The notes beneath the pieces were generated by a model. The model did not search any database. It saw only the letters and a program-made list of their open reading frames with translations, and had not been told where the DNA came from. Made by a program: the position numbers and the translations under genes. 41,448 nt of DNA from a virus, in the UHGV virus genome UHGV-0135480; one strand, 5' to 3'. Shown here piece after piece: positions 1 to 9,240 of the stretch. Numbering within the stretch: the stretch's first letter is position 1; each line of letters opens with the position of its first letter.

Positions 1-34
1 GTCTATACGGGTTCAAATCCCGTAGGTCACCCCA
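1..34 (+). tRNA. 3' portion of a tRNA truncated by the window edge (T-arm, acceptor 3' strand, encoded CCA)
   Basis: T-stem acggg(7-11)/cccgt(19-23) around T-loop TTCAAAT(12-18), then 7-nt acceptor strand, discriminator and CCA at 32-34. The 5' half is outside the window, so isotype is unknown. Confidence 0.45.
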
Positions 35-40
35 ATTTAT

Positions 41-116
41 AGTCCAAGTAGCTTATATGGTTAAAGCGCGTGTCTGAAAAACATGAGAAGAGGGTTCAAA
101 TCCCACTGGACTACCA
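41..116 (+). tRNA. tRNA, probable tRNA-Phe (anticodon GAA)
   Basis: Acceptor agtccag-like pairing 41-47 with 106-112, D-arm with GG, anticodon stem cgtgt(69-73)/acatg(81-85) with loop cTGAAaa (U33, GAA at 76-78), T-loop GGTTCAAATCC, encoded CCA 114-116. One acceptor and one T-stem mismatch lower confidence. Confidence 0.55.
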
Positions 117-132
117 ATTTCAAAGGTGCTTA

Positions 133-867
133 ATGAAAGAGATGACAGAACAAGGTAAGGAGATTTTTAATCTCTTAAAAACCGGTAAAGGGTTTTCTAA
201 CCCACTTATTACTGGTGCAGCAGTTCTCGGTGGAACCGTAGCTGCCTCTACATCACTTGTAAGCTCTATTAGCTCTGTATCAGACCCTACAGTAAAGGAT
301 AAGCTTGTTGCTGCTGGACTTACAACAGTTCTGCTTAACAGCTTTACCACGAGTCTGACAAGCACTACATCAACTACCAAAACACTAACAGATTACGGTC
401 AAAAGTCCATTGATGAGTTTTCATCACGTATGCAGGTAGCAAAAGGTTACTCTAATGTTATGGGTGCAGCAGGTGAACAAGTTGGCTGTACACCATTTAG
501 TGGTATTATGGGTGTTGCTACAGAGTATGGTCAAAAAGCTATTGATACGATTAACAGTGCACTAGATAGTGTTAATGGTGTGTTAAGTGGCTTACAAGAT
601 GCTATTGACAAAGGTCTTGATACTATTTCTGATTTAGCTGAGCAAGCTGTTAGTAAGATTAATGAAGGTATTTCAAAAATTACAGCTTATGCAGATGAAG
701 TTGTGCAGATGATTGAAGAAGAAGCTGCTCTTATTGCAGAGTACCTTAAAACGAATATCAATGGGTTCTTAGCAGGTATCTTACCAGACTGGTTTGATGA
801 TACTTGTAAAACTGGTGTAATTGACACTATTGCAACACCAGAAATGAAGAACGCATTACAGAAATAA
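133..867 (+). CDS. hypothetical Ser/Thr/Ala/Gly-rich protein embedded in the tRNA cluster
   Basis: ORF-track frame 70..867 begins with GTG inside the tRNA; first ATG at 133 is preceded by AGGTGCTTA, the same context as the terL start. No recognisable motif. Confidence 0.5.
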   Translation: MKEMTEQGKEIFNLLKTGKGFSNPLITGAAVLGGTVAASTSLVSSISSVSDPTVKDKLVAAGLTTVLLNSFTTSLTSTTSTTKTLTDYGQKSIDEFSSRMQVAKGYSNVMGAAGEQVGCTPFSGIMGVATEYGQKAIDTINSALDSVNGVLSGLQDAIDKGLDTISDLAEQAVSKINEGISKITAYADEVVQMIEEEAALIAEYLKTNINGFLAGILPDWFDDTCKTGVIDTIATPEMKNALQK

Positions 868-869
868 AT

Positions 870-962
870 GGAAGATTAACCCTAAAAGGTAAGGGAGCAG
901 TTTGCTAAACTGCCAGTAGCTGAGAAATCGGTGTACCAGTTCAAGTCTGGTATCTTCCTCCA
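870..962 (+). tRNA. tRNA-Ser (anticodon GCU), type II with long variable arm
   Basis: Perfect 7-bp acceptor ggaagat(870-876)/atcttcc(952-958), 3-bp D-stem, anticodon stem gcagt/actgc with loop ttGCTaa (GCU at 904-906), about 21-nt variable arm, T-stem accag/ctggt with loop TTCAAGT, CCA 960-962. Confidence 0.75.
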
Positions 963-966
963 ATTT

Positions 967-1042
967 GAATCCGTGACAGAAATGGCTATGTGCCTGTCTG
1001 CAAAACAGGTTTATAAGGGTTCGAGTCCCTTCGGATTCTCCA
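967..1042 (+). tRNA. tRNA-Cys (anticodon GCA)
   Basis: Perfect 7-bp acceptor gaatccg(967-973)/cggattc(1032-1038), anticodon stem cctgt/acagg with loop cTGCAaa (GCA 1000-1002), T-arm aaggg-TTCGAGT-ccctt, discriminator U then CCA 1040-1042. A U73 discriminator is typical of tRNA-Cys. Confidence 0.8.
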
Positions 1043-1204
1043 AGTTATTTTACTCTCTCTCAATTAAAATAATAATAATGCCCTGCTATAAGTATTCTTC
1101 CTTTCGCTACCGAAGAGTATTTTTAGACAGGGATTTTTTACAGAGTTATACTTTATAAGAAGCCTTATACAGTATGTCTCTGACGTACATTGTGGTTTCT
1201 CCTT

Positions 1205-1228
1205 GACGGTCTCTGTGCCGTCTTTTTT
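1205..1228 (+). terminator. candidate rho-independent terminator downstream of the tRNA cluster
   Basis: Stem gacgg(1205-1209)/ccgtc(1218-1222), 8-nt loop, followed by TTTTTT(1223-1228). Confidence 0.4.
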
Positions 1229-1264
1229 AAGGGGAAACATGGTTAATTATTTGGAGAAAACATA

Positions 1265-1465
1265 ATGAGTGAGACCGTTTATAAAGAACTTTATGAAGCT
1301 AACAAAAAGCTAGAATTTATGCAGAATACTATCATGGCAATTGCAGATAGATTATCTGTAGCAACAGGTATTGATATCAAAGAAGCCTCTATGGATGCAC
1401 TTCTTGATGCTGTTGATGCAAAGTTCGAAGTTAAGAAAGAAGAGACTGCTACAGACTCTGAATAA
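1265..1465 (+). CDS. hypothetical 66-aa protein immediately upstream of terL (small terminase subunit cannot be excluded)
   Basis: ATG at 1265 with GGAG upstream; position just 5' of the large terminase. Short for a small terminase subunit and no motif seen. Confidence 0.35.
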   Translation: MSETVYKELYEANKKLEFMQNTIMAIADRLSVATGIDIKEASMDALLDAVDAKFEVKKEETATDSE

Positions 1466-1486
1466 TTCTATTTGCGGAGGTGCTTA

Positions 1487-3088
1487 ATGGATTTAAATGC
1501 TGTTAAGCAGAAGCGAGTGGAAGATGTTAGGAAAGTCCTAGCTGGAGAGTTGGGGCTTTCTGATGAAGTAAAAGAAATTATCAAATCATTCGGTAAAGAC
1601 CCCTCTAAATTCCTTCCAACTCAAATTCTGACTTTATTAAGATACACACCAGACCAAGTTAGACTTATCTTCAAATTGATGACTGATAAGAATTATGTAG
1701 CCCCTCAGCCGGGTTCTCAAGAGGTCTTTTTAAATACTAATGCTGACTTGGTTCTCTATGGTGGTGCTGCTGGTGCTGGTAAGACTGCTGCATTGTTAAT
1801 GGACTCTTTAAGATTTATCGAAGACCCTAACTATAATGCTGTATATTTCCGTCGAAATACAACACAGCTACAAGGTGGTTTATGGCCTGCTGCAAAGAAA
1901 CTATTTGGTAAGTTTGGTGGGATTCCTCACGAGCAGAAAATGACTATCACATTCCCTTCTGGGGCGACTATCAAGTTTACCTATCTAGAACTTGAAAAGC
2001 ACGCTGAAGGCCATCAGGGTATTGAATACTCAGCTATTTACTTTGACGAAGGTACACACTTCTCTGCTTCACAGATTTCATACCTACAAACCCGTTTACG
2101 TTCTGGTGCTGAAGGTGATTCATACATGAAGATTTCTATGAACCCAGACAGAGACCACTTTATTTACGATTGGGTAGAGCCATTCTTAGATGAAGAAGGT
2201 TATCCAGACCCTGAAAAGTGTGGTCGTATTCGTTGGTATGTAATGAACGATGGTGTGATGGTTTCTGATTGGGAGAGAGACAAGATTCTTGAAATGTTCC
2301 CTCTTGAGATTCCTCAAACATACACCTTTATCTCTGGTACGATTGATGATAACCCAATCCTTGACTTCTTAGAGCCTAAGTACCGTGGTAAGTTGGAAAA
2401 CAACACCCCTGTAAACGTTGCAAGACTTCGTTTCGGTAACTGGAAGGCTCGTGCAGAAGGTTCAAACTATTGGCAAAGACAATGGTGTGAGATTGTTGAT
2501 TCACTCCCAGAAGATGTATTCGATGTTAGAGCATGGGACTTAGCAGCAACTTTACCATCTGAGATTAACCCTAATCCAGACTGGACAGCAGGTGTTAAGA
2601 TGGGTAAATCTAAAAAAGACGGTTGCTATTATATCATTGATGTAGTAAGATTTAGAGATAGACCCTCTGGAGTCGAAACACAAATTAATTTGACTGCTGA
2701 AAGTGACGGTAAGCGAACTGGTATTTTTATCCCTCAAGACCCAGGCGCTGCTGGTAAATCCTACGCAACATCCCTCATCAGGAAACTTGCCGAGAAAGGT
2801 TATCGAGCAAGAGCCAAACCAACAAATAAAGATAAAGTTACCCGCTTTGCGGGATTTTCTGCTGCTTCTGAAGCTGGACTTGTAAAAGTCTTGAGAGGTA
2901 GTTGGAATGAAGCTTACTTTCAAGAACTTGAAGGCTTTTGTGGTGACGGCAAAACTAAAGATGACCAAGTGGATGCTACCAGTGATGCTTTCAACAGTCT
3001 TAACGAAGTTAAATTATTCAAGCCACCATCAATGGGTGCTCACACAGATTTAGTGAGAGGAAACCCATATGAGGGGCTTAGACGTTGA
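1487..3088 (+). CDS. terL: terminase large subunit
   Basis: Walker A-like LYGGAAGAGKT near the N-terminus, size about 533 aa, position ahead of portal. ORF track starts at TTG 1472; ATG 1487 has GGAGG 6 nt upstream. Confidence 0.85.
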   Translation: MDLNAVKQKRVEDVRKVLAGELGLSDEVKEIIKSFGKDPSKFLPTQILTLLRYTPDQVRLIFKLMTDKNYVAPQPGSQEVFLNTNADLVLYGGAAGAGKTAALLMDSLRFIEDPNYNAVYFRRNTTQLQGGLWPAAKKLFGKFGGIPHEQKMTITFPSGATIKFTYLELEKHAEGHQGIEYSAIYFDEGTHFSASQISYLQTRLRSGAEGDSYMKISMNPDRDHFIYDWVEPFLDEEGYPDPEKCGRIRWYVMNDGVMVSDWERDKILEMFPLEIPQTYTFISGTIDDNPILDFLEPKYRGKLENNTPVNVARLRFGNWKARAEGSNYWQRQWCEIVDSLPEDVFDVRAWDLAATLPSEINPNPDWTAGVKMGKSKKDGCYYIIDVVRFRDRPSGVETQINLTAESDGKRTGIFIPQDPGAAGKSYATSLIRKLAEKGYRARAKPTNKDKVTRFAGFSAASEAGLVKVLRGSWNEAYFQELEGFCGDGKTKDDQVDATSDAFNSLNEVKLFKPPSMGAHTDLVRGNPYEGLRR

Positions 3089-3104
3089 TAGCTAGGTGAG
3101 AAGA

Positions 3105-4571
3105 ATGGCAGATATTACAGAAACACAAGAAAGCTTACCACCATTTAGAATGGGTGAAGTAGGTTCTTTGGGTCTGAAGGTTAAGAATGGAAGAATCTAT
3201 GAAGAACCTCGTCAGGCACTAAGGTTCCCTGAAAGTATTAAAACTTTCCAATTAATGATGCGTGACCCTGCTGTAGCAGCATCTGTAAATATTATTAAGA
3301 TGTTTGTCAGAAAAGTCAACTGGAGATTCGTACCTCCAAAGGGAAAAGAGCAAGACCCTAAAATGCTTGAAAGAGCAGACTTCTTTAATTCTTTAATGGA
3401 TGACATGGAGCATGATTGGGCAGATTTTATTAACTCTGTAATGTCATTCTGCACTTATGGGTTCTGTGTTAACGAAAAGGTTTATAAGAAACGTCAGGGT
3501 AAAAAAGGAAAGTATCAATCGAAATTTGATGACGGTTTAATTGGATGGGCTAAATTACCAATCAGAAACCAATCAACACTTGATAAGTGGTATTTTGACG
3601 AAGACTTTAGAAAAGTTACTGGTGTTAGACAGAATCTGAGAAATGTTTCACATATTGCTGGAGCAATTAATCTTGGAGAAAGACCATTAACAAGAAAACT
3701 TCCACGAGCTAAATTCATGCTGTTTAAGTATGACGATGAATATGGAAATCCAGAAGGTCGTTCACCATTACTTAATGCTTATGTACCGTGGAAGTATAAA
3801 GTACAGATTGAAGAGTATGAAGCAGTTGGTGTTTCAAGAGACTTGGTAGGTATGCCAAAGATTGGTTTACCACCAGATTATCTGGATGAAAATGCAGAAC
3901 CTGAAAAGAAAGCTTTCGTACAATACTGCAAGACTGTTGTTAATGATATGATTGCTAACGACAGAGCAGGTTTAATCTGGCCTAGATATATTGACCCAGA
4001 CACTAAAGAGGATATTTTTGAGTTCTCATTAGTTTCTAGACAGGGTGCTAAAGCATACGATACAGGTTCTATTATTGACAGATACTCTAAGCAGATTATG
4101 ATGGCATTTATGTCAGATGTTCTTGCTATGGGTCAGTCAAAATACGGTTCATTCTCTCTTGCAGATTCTAAGACAAGCTTATTAGCGATGTCAGTAGATA
4201 TTCTGCTGAAGCAAATTAAGAACGTAATTAACCGTGATTTAGTTGCACAGACTTATGCTCTTAATATGTGGGACGATGAAGAACATGTACAAATTACATA
4301 TGATGATATCGAAACCCCAGACCTTGAAGCAATTGGTTCTTATATTCAGAAGACTGTTGCAGTAGGTGCTTTGGAAGTTGACAAAGAGCTATCTAACAAG
4401 CTTAGAGAGCATATTGGTCTTCCTCCTGCTGATGAGTCTCAGCCAGTATCTGAAAAGCTTTCTCCAAATAGCCAAAGCCGCTCAGGAGATGGTTATAAGA
4501 CCGCTGGAGAAGGTACTGCAAAGACACCTTCAGCGAAAGACCCAAGCACAGCAAATAAGGCAAATAAATAA
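3105..4571 (+). CDS. portal protein
   Basis: About 490 aa ORF directly after terL and before the prohead protease. ORF-track start 3096 is GTG; in-frame ATG at 3105. Assignment by synteny and size. Confidence 0.6.
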   Translation: MADITETQESLPPFRMGEVGSLGLKVKNGRIYEEPRQALRFPESIKTFQLMMRDPAVAASVNIIKMFVRKVNWRFVPPKGKEQDPKMLERADFFNSLMDDMEHDWADFINSVMSFCTYGFCVNEKVYKKRQGKKGKYQSKFDDGLIGWAKLPIRNQSTLDKWYFDEDFRKVTGVRQNLRNVSHIAGAINLGERPLTRKLPRAKFMLFKYDDEYGNPEGRSPLLNAYVPWKYKVQIEEYEAVGVSRDLVGMPKIGLPPDYLDENAEPEKKAFVQYCKTVVNDMIANDRAGLIWPRYIDPDTKEDIFEFSLVSRQGAKAYDTGSIIDRYSKQIMMAFMSDVLAMGQSKYGSFSLADSKTSLLAMSVDILLKQIKNVINRDLVAQTYALNMWDDEEHVQITYDDIETPDLEAIGSYIQKTVAVGALEVDKELSNKLREHIGLPPADESQPVSEKLSPNSQSRSGDGYKTAGEGTAKTPSAKDPSTANKANK

Positions 4572-5071
4572 TGGCTGAAGTTATCTCTATTTCAAATGCT
4601 ACACGAGTGCATTCGTATAGGGGTGTCCTTATCATTACTGACAAGTTATCTGTAGAGGCTGGCTCAAGGGTCAGCCTTTCAGGTTATGTAAGTGATGGTG
4701 GAACCTCTGACGTTTTCACTATTTGCAGGTTACTTGATGCACCAATGAGTGGAAAACCGTTTATTTTAGGAAATTGTAGTGAAATTGTTAAAATTCCATT
4801 TGACAGTTCATGCCTTTTGGGTGTAAAGTTATATAACTGCGAGAATAAACGTATAAATGTTAATAGCATTGAAGCCGCTTTCATTACCCTCGATACTGCA
4901 TTTCAATCTCCAATGACAGTTAATAAAGAAACAAACAGACTTGAATACATTTTTTCACAAAATGATTACAAAGTACTTGTCAAAGGTAAAGTATATGATA
5001 TGATTGTAAATGTGGTAGATGAATCTGGTAACCATTCAACAGTCCTTAAACAAAAAGTAAGGTTTAATTAA
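4571..5071 (+). CDS. hypothetical protein (166 aa) between portal and protease
   Basis: ATG overlaps the portal stop (TAATG). No recognisable motif. Confidence 0.45.
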   Translation: MAEVISISNATRVHSYRGVLIITDKLSVEAGSRVSLSGYVSDGGTSDVFTICRLLDAPMSGKPFILGNCSEIVKIPFDSSCLLGVKLYNCENKRINVNSIEAAFITLDTAFQSPMTVNKETNRLEYIFSQNDYKVLVKGKVYDMIVNVVDESGNHSTVLKQKVRFN

Positions 5072-5403
5072 TGGGAACATTAACTATTGATGGTAAGAAT
5101 AAAATCCTCGCCACGCTAACCCCAACGACTATTATTTTACACAATGTAGACCCAACGGCAGACCCTACAGCAAATAAGGTTACTCAGCCAGTGGCTATTT
5201 ATTTTTCTGAACCGGATAATGGCTTGATTGCCTCAGAAGACACAGTTAACATTACTGTTCCAGCTTCTGCAATGGTCTCACACTATAGCTTGTGGGATGC
5301 TAACGATAAATGCGTGGCAACTGGTGCTCTTAGCAAACCTCAATTCTTTGCTGAAGAAGGTATCTATGTTATCTCTTCAGTCTCTGTAGATTTAAACAAA
5401 TAG
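5071..5403 (+). CDS. hypothetical protein (110 aa) between portal and protease
   Basis: ATG overlaps the preceding stop. No motif. Confidence 0.45.
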   Translation: MGTLTIDGKNKILATLTPTTIILHNVDPTADPTANKVTQPVAIYFSEPDNGLIASEDTVNITVPASAMVSHYSLWDANDKCVATGALSKPQFFAEEGIYVISSVSVDLNK

Positions 5404-5414
5404 GGTGAGTAAAA

Positions 5415-6761
5415 ATGAGTTCGAATATCTTCAGACTTGCTGATAGATTATTCAACCAACCTTTACTAGCCACTGAATCATTAGCTCACTCAGCAGCAAC
5501 TTATGTGAATAACAGATTGCTGGGTGATGTCCAAGCAGCAGTAAACTTTGATAAACCCAAAGGTGAAGCAAGAAGTCTTTTAAAAGTAAAAGATGACATT
5601 GCTATTATCCCTATTATGGGTGGTTTAACCCATCGTATGACATTCATTGATGCAATGTGTACAGGTGGATTAAGCTCTTATGAAGGTTTGCGTAGAGGCT
5701 TTGACGAAGCTTTAGCAGATGAGTCAATCAAGACTATTGTTCTGCACATCGATTCTGGTGGTGGTGAAGCTTCAGGTTGCTTTGAATTAGCACGTCACAT
5801 TATGGCTTCAAGAGGCCAAAAGAAAATTATTGCTTATGTAGATGAGTTCGCTTGTTCCGCTGCATACGCTCTTGCATCTTCTGCTGAAGAAATTATTGCA
5901 TCACCAGATGCAGATGTTGGTTCTATTGGTGTAATTATGGTTCATCAGGAATTAACTAAGGCATTTGAAAAGAATGGCGTAACAATTAACGTCATCAAAG
6001 CTGGTGAGTTTAAAGGTATGGGTTCACCATTCCAAGCACTTTCAGAAGAAAGCAAAGAAAGACTTCAAAAGAGAATTAATGATACGTACGCAACCTTTAC
6101 AGGTTTTGTAGCTGAATCTCGTAATCTCTCTGAAGAAGCTGTAAAGAATACTGAGGCGAATGTTTATTCTGCTCAGGAAGCTCTTGAACTTGGTTTAATT
6201 AACTCAATCATGTCTCAAGATGATTTCTTAAATTACTTACAAGGTTCTGAAGAGGCTCCTGTAAGTTTAAACGTTAACAATTCAGGTGAAGAAATGACTG
6301 AACAAGAAAAGCAAGAACTAGAAGCTTTGCGTCTTCAGGTTGCTCAAATGAAAGCTAAAGAACAGGAAGCTGCTTTGTCAGACTTGACTAATAAGATTTC
6401 TGCTTCTGCTGAAGCTTTTGGATTTGATGCAAAAGAAGCTGCAACGACTATTTTAGGTGCTGGTCTTGATAACCCTCTGAGTGTTCTGTTTATGAATGCT
6501 ATGGAAGGTGCTAACCAGAAACTTAATGAAACTATCGCGTCCCATGCTTCTGCAATGGAAGAAAAAGAATCAGAAATTACCAAGCTGAAAGAAACTGCTG
6601 GTGCTGTTCTTGAACATTCCAACGCTATGGAAGAAATGGGTAATGACGGCGAAGCTGATTTGGTTGAAGAAGAAAAAGAACCAGCTAAAAATGCTTCCGA
6701 AGACACCGCTGAACAACGCAAACTGGCTCTCCAGAATGCTCTAAAATCTCTTATCAAATAA
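5415..6761 (+). CDS. prohead protease (S49/ClpP-like) with C-terminal scaffold-like Ala/Glu-rich helical region
   Basis: N-terminal half has S49-like motifs (IDSGGGEASG, CSAAYALASSA). C-terminal about 170 aa is low-complexity E/A/K-rich, as in lambda C/Nu3-type protease-scaffold arrangements. Confidence 0.7.
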   Translation: MSSNIFRLADRLFNQPLLATESLAHSAATYVNNRLLGDVQAAVNFDKPKGEARSLLKVKDDIAIIPIMGGLTHRMTFIDAMCTGGLSSYEGLRRGFDEALADESIKTIVLHIDSGGGEASGCFELARHIMASRGQKKIIAYVDEFACSAAYALASSAEEIIASPDADVGSIGVIMVHQELTKAFEKNGVTINVIKAGEFKGMGSPFQALSEESKERLQKRINDTYATFTGFVAESRNLSEEAVKNTEANVYSAQEALELGLINSIMSQDDFLNYLQGSEEAPVSLNVNNSGEEMTEQEKQELEALRLQVAQMKAKEQEAALSDLTNKISASAEAFGFDAKEAATTILGAGLDNPLSVLFMNAMEGANQKLNETIASHASAMEEKESEITKLKETAGAVLEHSNAMEEMGNDGEADLVEEEKEPAKNASEDTAEQRKLALQNALKSLIK

Positions 6762-6772
6762 GGAACACAATA

Positions 6773-7150
6773 ATGGCATATCAAGGTTTTACTAAGTTAG
6801 GTAAAAGAGAACCTCTGAATGATATCATTCTTTGGGAACAGGTTACCCCAACAGGCCACTCTCGTAAAGAGTACACTCCAGTTGCTTCAACAGAATACCG
6901 TGTAGGTGAAGTTCTGAAAGCAGATGGTACTAAAGTTACAGCAGGGCAAGAAGCTCAGGCTGATTCAGTATGTATCGTTAACTTTTATGCAGACTCACAA
7001 CTGTCTTATCATGGTCAGTTGAAAGTGGTAGGCATCTACCGTGATGCAGAACTGAAAGACATGCTGACTCTTGAATCAAGCGTTGATGCTGATGAAGTCA
7101 AGAAAGCTCTGGCTGCTAAGGGTATTGATTTCGTACCAACTGGCCTGTAA
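6773..7150 (+). CDS. small head protein, possible capsid decoration protein
   Basis: 125-aa ORF between protease/scaffold and major capsid protein (lambda gpD position). Codon usage is E. coli-optimal (CGT, CTG), suggesting high expression. Confidence 0.35.
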   Translation: MAYQGFTKLGKREPLNDIILWEQVTPTGHSRKEYTPVASTEYRVGEVLKADGTKVTAGQEAQADSVCIVNFYADSQLSYHGQLKVVGIYRDAELKDMLTLESSVDADEVKKALAAKGIDFVPTGL

Positions 7151-7183
7151 TAACAATAATAAGACATTCTGGAGAATTTTACA

Positions 7184-8287
7184 ATGTTGACTAATTCTGA
7201 AAAAAGCAGATTTTTCCTTGCTGACCTGACTGGTGAAGTCCAGTCTATCCCAAATACTTATGGGTATATTTCCAACTTAGGTCTGTTCCGTTCAGCACCA
7301 ATCACCCAAACTACTTTCCTTATGGACTTGACTGATTGGGATGTTAGCTTACTGGATGCGGTAGACCGTGATAGCCGTAAAGCAGAGACTAGCGCACCTG
7401 AGCGTGTTCGTCAAATCAGCTTCCCAATGATGTACTTCAAAGAAGTTGAAAGCATTACTCCTGATGAGATTCAGGGTGTACGTCAGCCAGGCACTGCAAA
7501 TGAACTGACTACTGAAGCTGTAGTACGTGCTAAGAAGCTGATGAAGATTCGTACCAAGTTCGATATTACTCGTGAGTTCCTGTTTATGCAAGCTCTGAAG
7601 GGTAAAGTTGTTGATGCTCGTGGTACTCTGTATGCTGACCTGTACAAGCAGTTCGACGTTGAGAAGAAGACTGTTTACTTCGACCTTGACAATCCTAATG
7701 CTGACATCGACGCTTCTATTGAAGAACTGCGTATGCACATGGAAGACGAAGCTAAGACTGGCACTGTAATCAACGGTGAAGAAATTCACGTAGTTGTTGA
7801 CCGTGTGTTCTTCAGCAAACTGGTTAAGCATCCTAAGATTCGTGACGCTTATCTTGCACAGCAGACTCCACTGGCTTGGCAACAGATTACTGGTTCTCTG
7901 AGAACTGGTGGTTCTGACGGTGTTCAGGCTCACATGAATACTTTCTACTACGGTGGTGTTAAGTTTGTCCAGTACAACGGTAAGTTCAAAGACAAGCGTG
8001 GTAAGGTTCATACTCTGGTGAGTATTGACAGCGTAGCAGACACTGTTGGTGTTGGTCATGCTTTCCCTAACGTATCTATGCTGGGTGAAGCTAACAACAT
8101 CTTCGAAGTTGCATATGGCCCATGTCCTAAGATGGGTTATGCAAATACACTTGGTCAGGAACTGTACGTATTTGAATACGAAAAAGACCGTGACGAAGGT
8201 ATTGACTTTGAAGCTCACTCTTACATGCTGCCATACTGTACTCGTCCTCAGTTGCTGGTAGATGTTCGTGCTGACGCCAAAGACTAA
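7184..8287 (+). CDS. major capsid protein (lambda gpE-like)
   Basis: 367 aa, position after protease/scaffold, GGAG RBS, strongly host-optimal codon usage. Similarity to lambda E is recalled from memory (for example the C-terminal region), not searched. Confidence 0.7.
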   Translation: MLTNSEKSRFFLADLTGEVQSIPNTYGYISNLGLFRSAPITQTTFLMDLTDWDVSLLDAVDRDSRKAETSAPERVRQISFPMMYFKEVESITPDEIQGVRQPGTANELTTEAVVRAKKLMKIRTKFDITREFLFMQALKGKVVDARGTLYADLYKQFDVEKKTVYFDLDNPNADIDASIEELRMHMEDEAKTGTVINGEEIHVVVDRVFFSKLVKHPKIRDAYLAQQTPLAWQQITGSLRTGGSDGVQAHMNTFYYGGVKFVQYNGKFKDKRGKVHTLVSIDSVADTVGVGHAFPNVSMLGEANNIFEVAYGPCPKMGYANTLGQELYVFEYEKDRDEGIDFEAHSYMLPYCTRPQLLVDVRADAKD

Positions 8288-8308
8288 TATTCTTAAGGAG
8301 GGTTATGA

Positions 8309-8758
8309 ATGTGTTATACAGGCGACCCAGCCAATAACCCTCTTGATAGAGTAAGAATCCTCTGCACAGACACCAATAATGATGAAATTCTTATTGAGCA
8401 GTCTGTGCTAGAGTGGTTCTATCTAGAATCTGGAAAGGATGAAAAGAAAGCAGCCATCAAAGCTCTTAAATATTTACTCTTTCAAGTAGCCAAGATGGGA
8501 GATGAGAAGGTTGGTGGTGTTTATTTACGTAACTCTTCCAGATTCAAGTCTCTGAAAGCTGTTTATGACGACCTTGTTAAAAGCTCTGTTTCAGGACTAC
8601 CCTATGCAGGTGGTATTAATCAGTGTGATATTGACATGCGTCGTCAGAATCCTTGCTCTGTCAAGAAATACACAGAATATGGTGATGCTGCCAGATACGA
8701 AGGCAGAGATTACTGCAACCGTGTTAATGGCGTATTTATTATCGAGCGAGATGAATAA
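8309..8758 (+). CDS. hypothetical head completion or connector protein
   Basis: 149 aa, strong RBS AAGGAGG, located between capsid and tail genes. Confidence 0.4.
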   Translation: MCYTGDPANNPLDRVRILCTDTNNDEILIEQSVLEWFYLESGKDEKKAAIKALKYLLFQVAKMGDEKVGGVYLRNSSRFKSLKAVYDDLVKSSVSGLPYAGGINQCDIDMRRQNPCSVKKYTEYGDAARYEGRDYCNRVNGVFIIERDE

Positions 8759-9240
8759 TGGTTAAAAGGGTTATTCACCCCGCTAGAGCAAAATTAGTCG
8801 GGGCTATGAAGAACTTGCAAACGGCTAATGCTCAAGTTGGGTATTTTCAAGAACAAGGTCAACATAGCTCTGGTTTTTCTTATCCTGCTTTAATGTATTT
8901 ACAAGAAGTTATTGGGGTTCCTTCAGCTTCTGGTAAAGTATATCGTAGGTTGTTTGAAATCACTATGATGCTAAACAAACAGACCTTGTTAGAGCAGACT
9001 AAGAAGAATCTATATAAGCAACTTAGCAGTCTCAACACGGACCCTTCAAATACCTTAGAAGCATTTGCAAAGAATACTCAAAAGGCAATTAAAAGGGGTT
9101 TTGGTAATTCTGCTATCCTCCCTCCTAACGCACCTTCCACAGTCAAGAAAAAAGGCTTTAACGCACCTCTTGTTGAGACAGGTGACTTAAGGGATAACCT
9201 TGCTTATAAAATTTCTACTAAGAAGGGTATTAAGAAATGA
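8758..9240 (+). CDS. hypothetical head-tail connector protein
   Basis: 160 aa, ATG overlaps the upstream stop; synteny only. Confidence 0.4.
   Translation: MVKRVIHPARAKLVGAMKNLQTANAQVGYFQEQGQHSSGFSYPALMYLQEVIGVPSASGKVYRRLFEITMMLNKQTLLEQTKKNLYKQLSSLNTDPSNTLEAFAKNTQKAIKRGFGNSAILPPNAPSTVKKKGFNAPLVETGDLRDNLAYKISTKKGIKK

Noticed and set aside
70-132. N-terminal extension of the first ORF starting at GTG 70
   Set aside because: This segment lies inside the predicted tRNA at 41-116; the in-frame ATG at 133 with a good RBS is the more plausible start.
931-1158. 75-aa ORF overlapping the tRNA-Ser and tRNA-Cys genes
   Set aside because: It runs through two well-formed tRNA structures on the same strand; the tRNAs explain the sequence.
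6344-6784. 146-aa antisense ORF inside the protease/scaffold gene
   Set aside because: It is antisense to the low-complexity scaffold region and its Ala/Ser-rich translation mirrors the sense-strand repeats; chance ORF.
7349-8218. 289-aa antisense ORF inside the major capsid gene
   Set aside because: It lies entirely within and opposite a strongly codon-biased structural gene, has no RBS and a low-complexity translation; treated as a chance open frame.
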